Shown here piece after piece: positions 28,584-32,000 of a stretch of DNA of 32,000 bases (its first letter is position 1; every line of letters begins with the position of its first letter). The stretch is taken from positions 1,200,001 to 1,232,000 of the forward strand of contig NZ_JAGIOS010000003.1 in assembly GCF_017876815.1 (NCBI RefSeq), given 5' to 3'. The stretch is from Sinorhizobium meliloti (GTDB taxonomy: Bacteria > Pseudomonadota > Alphaproteobacteria > Rhizobiales > Rhizobiaceae). The position numbers and the translations under genes are program-made. The notes beneath the pieces are model-generated. The model made no database searches. It worked only from the letters and a program-made list of their open reading frames with translations, and was not told the DNA's origin.

Positions 28584-28682
28584 GGTGTACTCCGTCCTTT
28601 GAGTTGCACGGAGAAGATGGACTTTGATGACTGTCGCGGGTACCCATCGCTCACTGAACTCAATGGTTAGCAGCACTCTACA

Positions 28683-29565
28683 ATGTTAGACATGAACCTT
28701 CTGCCGCTCTTCCTGGCTGTCGCCGAGGAGGACAACTTCCGTGCTGCCGCCGATCGCCTCGGTGTGACCCGCTCGGCTGTCAGCCAAGGAATGCGGCGGC
28801 TCGAAGATGCCTTTGGTACGACGCTCGTCACCCGCACGACGCGTTCAGTTCGCCTGACCGAAGCGGGGGAGCGTCTGCGCGAGGCTCTGTCGCAGCCCTT
28901 GTCGGATATTGCGACGGCGCTTCGATCGGGTAGCGGGTGATGAACCCCGCGGTCTCTTGCGGATCGGCGTCACCTCGATCGCCGAGCAATTCCTTTCCGG
29001 TCCGCTCATCGCTTCCTTTGCTCAGGCCCATCCCAAGGTGACGATAGACGTCACCGTCACGGACGAGGAGTTCGATATCGTGGCCGCTGGTTTCGACGCG
29101 GGCGTCAGGCTTGGCGAGGTGATCGAGCAGGACATGATCGCGGTGCCGCTGACGGGCGATCAGCGCGAGCTGGCCGTTGCTGCCCCCGCCTATATCGCAG
29201 TCCACGGCACGCCGGCGCACCCGCGTGAGCTGGTCCATCATCGCTGCATAGGCTGGCGGCGAGCGCCGAATGTCGCGCCCTACAGGTGGGAATTCGAGGA
29301 GAATGGTGTTCCCTTCGACGTGGCGGTCGAGCCCCAGATTACCACCAATGACCTGCGCTTCATGCTCCGCTCAGCCCTCTGCGGGGCCGGGATCACCTTT
29401 GCAACGGAAGAAACGTTCCGCCCGTTCGTAGAAACCGGTGAACTCGTCCCGCTGCTGCAGGATTTCCTGCCCCCATTCCCCGGTTTCTTTCTTTATTTCC
29501 CTCACCGCCGCAACATGGCGCCAAAGATGCGAGCTTTGATCGAGCATATACGGCGGTGGCGATAA
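28683..29565 (+). pseudogene. LysR-family transcriptional regulator with a single frameshift
   Basis: The HTH part (NLLPLFLAVAEEDNFRAAADRLGVTRSAVSQGMRRLEDAFGTTLVTRTTRSVRLTEAGERL...SDIATAL) stops at 28938-28940. The rest (DRVAGDEPRGLLRIGVT...FLYFPHRRNMAPKMRALIEHIRRWR) continues in the +1 frame. The junction is at about 28918-28925. Divergent from the SDR gene. Confidence 0.8.
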
Positions 29566-29615
29566 CCGGCGCTTCCGGCGCAGCGTCGAGAAGGTCCCAC
29601 GCTCGCCCGAATTCC

Positions 29616-29630
29616 TTATCTTTTCTTTAT
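29616..29630 (+). promoter_or_regulatory. T-rich direct repeat (TTAT-N7-TTAT, 11-bp period) upstream of kdp, candidate KdpE-type site
   Basis: ttatcttttctttat lies about 80 nt upstream of the first kdp-associated ORF. OmpR-family regulators bind direct repeats about one helical turn apart. No kdpDE is visible in the window. Confidence 0.25.
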
Positions 29631-29711
29631 GTGGTCGCCAAACCATCCCAATCGATAATTGACGCGGCGCGGGCGCATCATCCGGATCTTGGATCAATCT
29701 GGAGAGTGCCC

Positions 29712-29795
29712 ATGTCCGATTTTCTTTTCCTTGCCGCCGGTATTGGCGGCCTTGCCGCGCTCGCGCTTTATGCGCGCGCCCTGAGCCGGCTTTAG
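29712..29795 (+). CDS. 27-aa hydrophobic peptide, KdpF-like, immediately upstream of kdpF (candidate)
   Basis: MSDFLFLAAGIGGLAALALYARALSRL. GGAGAG lies 6 nt upstream of the ATG. Its TAG stop is embedded in the TAGGAGG RBS of kdpF. Confidence 0.45.
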   Translation: MSDFLFLAAGIGGLAALALYARALSRL

Positions 29796-29804
29796 GAGGG
29801 TCCG

Positions 29805-29891
29805 ATGGCCGAGGCTTTGATCGGGCTCGTCGTCGCCGTCGCGCTCGCGGTCTATCTGATCGTGACGCTTGTCCGGCCGGAACGCTTCTAG
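29805..29891 (+). CDS. kdpF: K+-transporting ATPase subunit F
   Basis: MAEALIGLVVAVALAVYLIVTLVRPERF (28 aa): a single TM helix with the C-terminal PE(R/K)F ending typical of KdpF. AGGAGG RBS. Confidence 0.75.
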   Translation: MAEALIGLVVAVALAVYLIVTLVRPERF

Positions 29892-30020
29892 AGCATTTCC
29901 GCTTTTCTCAGAACCGCGGAAACGCTCCAACCTTTCATTTTGCCGCAACTCCGCACGGAAAACCGCTGCGCGTTTTTCCTGGAATTGCTCGAGCGCTCCT
30001 TCACCCCACGGAGACTTCTC

Positions 30021-31730
30021 ATGTCTGTCATCGGATGGCTGCAGATCAGCCTCCTTTTTCTCGCCGTTCTCGTCGTCGTTAAGCCGCTGGGGCTTTACAT
30101 GGCTGCGGTTCTTTCCGGCGAACGCAATGTCCTTTCGCCGATTCTCCGACCGGTGGAGCGTGGTCTTTATGGTGCCGCCGGCATCGATCCGGCACGGGAG
30201 CAGGGCTGGCTCGCCTACACGCTCTCCATGCTCGCTTTCAGCATTGCGGGCTTTGCGCTGCTTTACGCGTTCCTGAGACTTCAGACATGGTTGCCCTTGA
30301 ACCCGCTGGGCTTCGGCAACGTGCCACCGGACCTCGCCTTCAACACCGCCGTCAGTTTCGTCACCAACACCAATTGGCAGAATTACGGCGGGGAGACGAC
30401 GCTCAGTCACTTCAGCCAAATGATGGGGCTGACCGTGCAGAACTTCGTTTCGGCCGCCACCGGCATTTCGATCGCGCTTGCCGTTACCCGCTCCTTCGCC
30501 CGCTCAGCCGTGCCGACGATCGGCAACTTCTGGGTCGATCTCACCCGTTCGACACTCTACGTCCTCCTGCCGCTTGCCGTGCTGGTGGCGGTCGCCTTCG
30601 TGGCGATGGGCCTGCCGCAGACGTTCCGCGCCTCGGTGGAGGCCACGACCCTCGAGGGGGTGAAGCAGACCATCGCTCTGGGCCCGGTTGCCAGCCAGGA
30701 AGCGATAAAGCAGCTCGGTACCAACGGGGGCGGCTTCTTCAACGTGAATGCCGCACATCCGTTCGAAAATCCGACTGCGCTTTCCAATTATCTCAATATC
30801 TTCGCGATGCTGTCGGTTTCGGCGGCGCTGCTCTACACATTCGGGCAACTCGTCGGCAACCGGCGGCAGGGCTGGGCCTTCATCGCCGTCACCTATGCAT
30901 TTCTGATCATCGGTGTCGGGGTCGTCTATTGGGCCGAAGCGGGGGGAAATCCGGTCCTGTCGCAGCTCGGTCTCGACCCGGCTCTCGGCAACATGGAAGG
31001 CAAGGAAGTCCGCTTCGGCCAGGCGATGACTGCGCTTTACACGACGGTTACGACCGGGCTTTCGGATGGCGGCGTCAACGGCATGCACGGCTCGTTCACC
31101 GGCCTCGGCGGTCTCGTTCCGATGTTCCTCATGCAGCTCGGCGAGGTCCTGCCCGGCGGCGTCGGCTCGGGCCTCTACGGCATGATTGTCTTCGCGATCC
31201 TCGCGGTTTTCGTCGCTGGTCTTATGGTCGGCCGCACTCCTGAGCTGCTCGGCAAGAAGATCGAAGCGCGCGAGATGAAATACGCGATGCTCGCCGTGCT
31301 CATTCTGCCGGCTGCAATCCTCGGCTTCACGGCCATTTCAGCCGTCACGCCCTCGGCCGTCGCCAGCATCGGTACGCCCGGGCCGCACGGGCTCTCGGAA
31401 ATCCTCTACGCCTATACGTCGGCCGCCGGCAACAACGGCTCTGCCTTCGGCGGGCTTTCGGGCAACACGCTCTGGTACAATACGACACTTGGCTTTGCGA
31501 TGCTGCTCGGCCGCTTCGCTTATGCCGTGCCGGTGCTTGCCATCGCCGGCTCGATCGCCGCCAAGACGCGCGCCTCGGCATCCAAGGGTACGTTCCCGAC
31601 CGATACGCCCCTCTTCGTCGGTCTCCTGATCGGTATCATCCTCATTCTCGGCGGGCTGCAGTTCTTGCCGGCGCTCGCGCTCGGTCCGATCGTCGAGCAT
31701 TTCGCCATGCTCTCCGGCCAGACCTTCTGA
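30021..31730 (+). CDS. kdpA: K+-transporting ATPase subunit A
   Basis: [24 protein letters not shown]... and [43 protein letters not shown]. 569 aa. GGAG RBS. The track ORF begins 81 nt upstream at a non-ATG codon. Confidence 0.95.
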   Translation: MSVIGWLQISLLFLAVLVVVKPLGLYMAAVLSGERNVLSPILRPVERGLYGAAGIDPAREQGWLAYTLSMLAFSIAGFALLYAFLRLQTWLPLNPLGFGNVPPDLAFNTAVSFVTNTNWQNYGGETTLSHFSQMMGLTVQNFVSAATGISIALAVTRSFARSAVPTIGNFWVDLTRSTLYVLLPLAVLVAVAFVAMGLPQTFRASVEATTLEGVKQTIALGPVASQEAIKQLGTNGGGFFNVNAAHPFENPTALSNYLNIFAMLSVSAALLYTFGQLVGNRRQGWAFIAVTYAFLIIGVGVVYWAEAGGNPVLSQLGLDPALGNMEGKEVRFGQAMTALYTTVTTGLSDGGVNGMHGSFTGLGGLVPMFLMQLGEVLPGGVGSGLYGMIVFAILAVFVAGLMVGRTPELLGKKIEAREMKYAMLAVLILPAAILGFTAISAVTPSAVASIGTPGPHGLSEILYAYTSAAGNNGSAFGGLSGNTLWYNTTLGFAMLLGRFAYAVPVLAIAGSIAAKTRASASKGTFPTDTPLFVGLLIGIILILGGLQFLPALALGPIVEHFAMLSGQTF

Positions 31731-31741
31731 AGGAACCAGGC

Positions 31742-32000
31742 ATGTCAAACAAACCCAAGACCCCGAACCTCTTCGACCCGAAGATACTCTTCCCGGCAGC
31801 GAGAGCCGCTTTCGTCAAGCTTGATCCGCGCCAGCTCGTGCGCAATCCGGTGATCTTCGTCACCGAAGCCGTGGCGGCGTTGGTGACCCTCTTCTTCGTT
31901 CTCGATGTGGCAACCGACGGCGGCAGCCTGCTCTTCTCGGGCCAGATCGCCGCCTGGCTATGGTTTACCGTTCTCTTCGCCACCTTCGCCGAAGCCGTTG
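31742..32000 (+). CDS. kdpB: K+-transporting ATPase subunit B (P-type ATPase), 3' end outside window
   Basis: MSNKPKTPNLFDPKILFPAARAAFVKLDPRQLVRNPVIFVTE...AAWLWFTVLFATFAEAV matches the KdpB N-terminus. It starts 11 nt after the kdpA stop. Confidence 0.9.
   Translation, partial: MSNKPKTPNLFDPKILFPAARAAFVKLDPRQLVRNPVIFVTEAVAALVTLFFVLDVATDGGSLLFSGQIAAWLWFTVLFATFAEAV

Noticed and set aside
27582-28670. 362-aa plus-strand ORF (also 24181..25197 and 13050..14096 on the plus strand)
   Set aside because: All are antisense to well-supported genes (SDR and NTF2-like, FAD subunit, ABC ATPase), and their translations have no recognisable features.
29892-30020. c-di-AMP (ydaO-type) riboswitch in the kdp spacer
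   Set aside because: I cannot recognise the pseudo-two-fold ydaO architecture here. That control is known from Firmicutes kdp leaders, not from between kdpF and kdpA in alphaproteobacteria.

Overview
High-GC alphaproteobacterial DNA with Rhizobiaceae-like gene content (the taxon is an inference). It is mostly ordinary metabolic and transport genes. In order: 3' part of an ABC-F ATPase; a minus-strand aldehyde dehydrogenase - TetR - quinone oxidoreductase set, with qor frameshifted; a heavily decayed LysR gene upstream of intact katG; an MFS transporter; a stand-alone ChrR-like cupin protein; a six-gene minus-strand operon (BMP-family binding protein, amidase-signature enzyme, ABC ATPase, two permeases, CodA-family deaminase); a TSUP/TauE membrane protein; a class III nucleotide cyclase; dinB; a PaoABC-like Tat-exported molybdo-flavo-FeS oxidoreductase; a SAM methyltransferase; an SDR / NTF2-like / Atu4866-like cluster with a frameshifted divergent LysR; and the start of kdpFABC. 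The most unusual stretch is an AT-rich, nearly gene-free islet at about 18960-20700. At its right edge the plus strand has four exact CCTCCTCCCG copies, each in the loop of its own hairpin, and the last hairpin is a Rho-independent terminator. This matches the alpha-r14 / 'cuckoo' / NfeR1-type anti-Shine-Dalgarno sRNA family, here as a four-hairpin version. The islet also holds three candidate single-TM micro-ORFs and a frameshifted ORF relic. Other points: a second KdpF-like micropeptide ORF in tandem before kdpF, four frameshifted loci in 32 kb, and palindromic operator candidates inside two CTTGAC-type promoters. I found no rRNA, tRNA, CRISPR array, transposase or integrase. All homology calls come from reading the translations; no searches were run.
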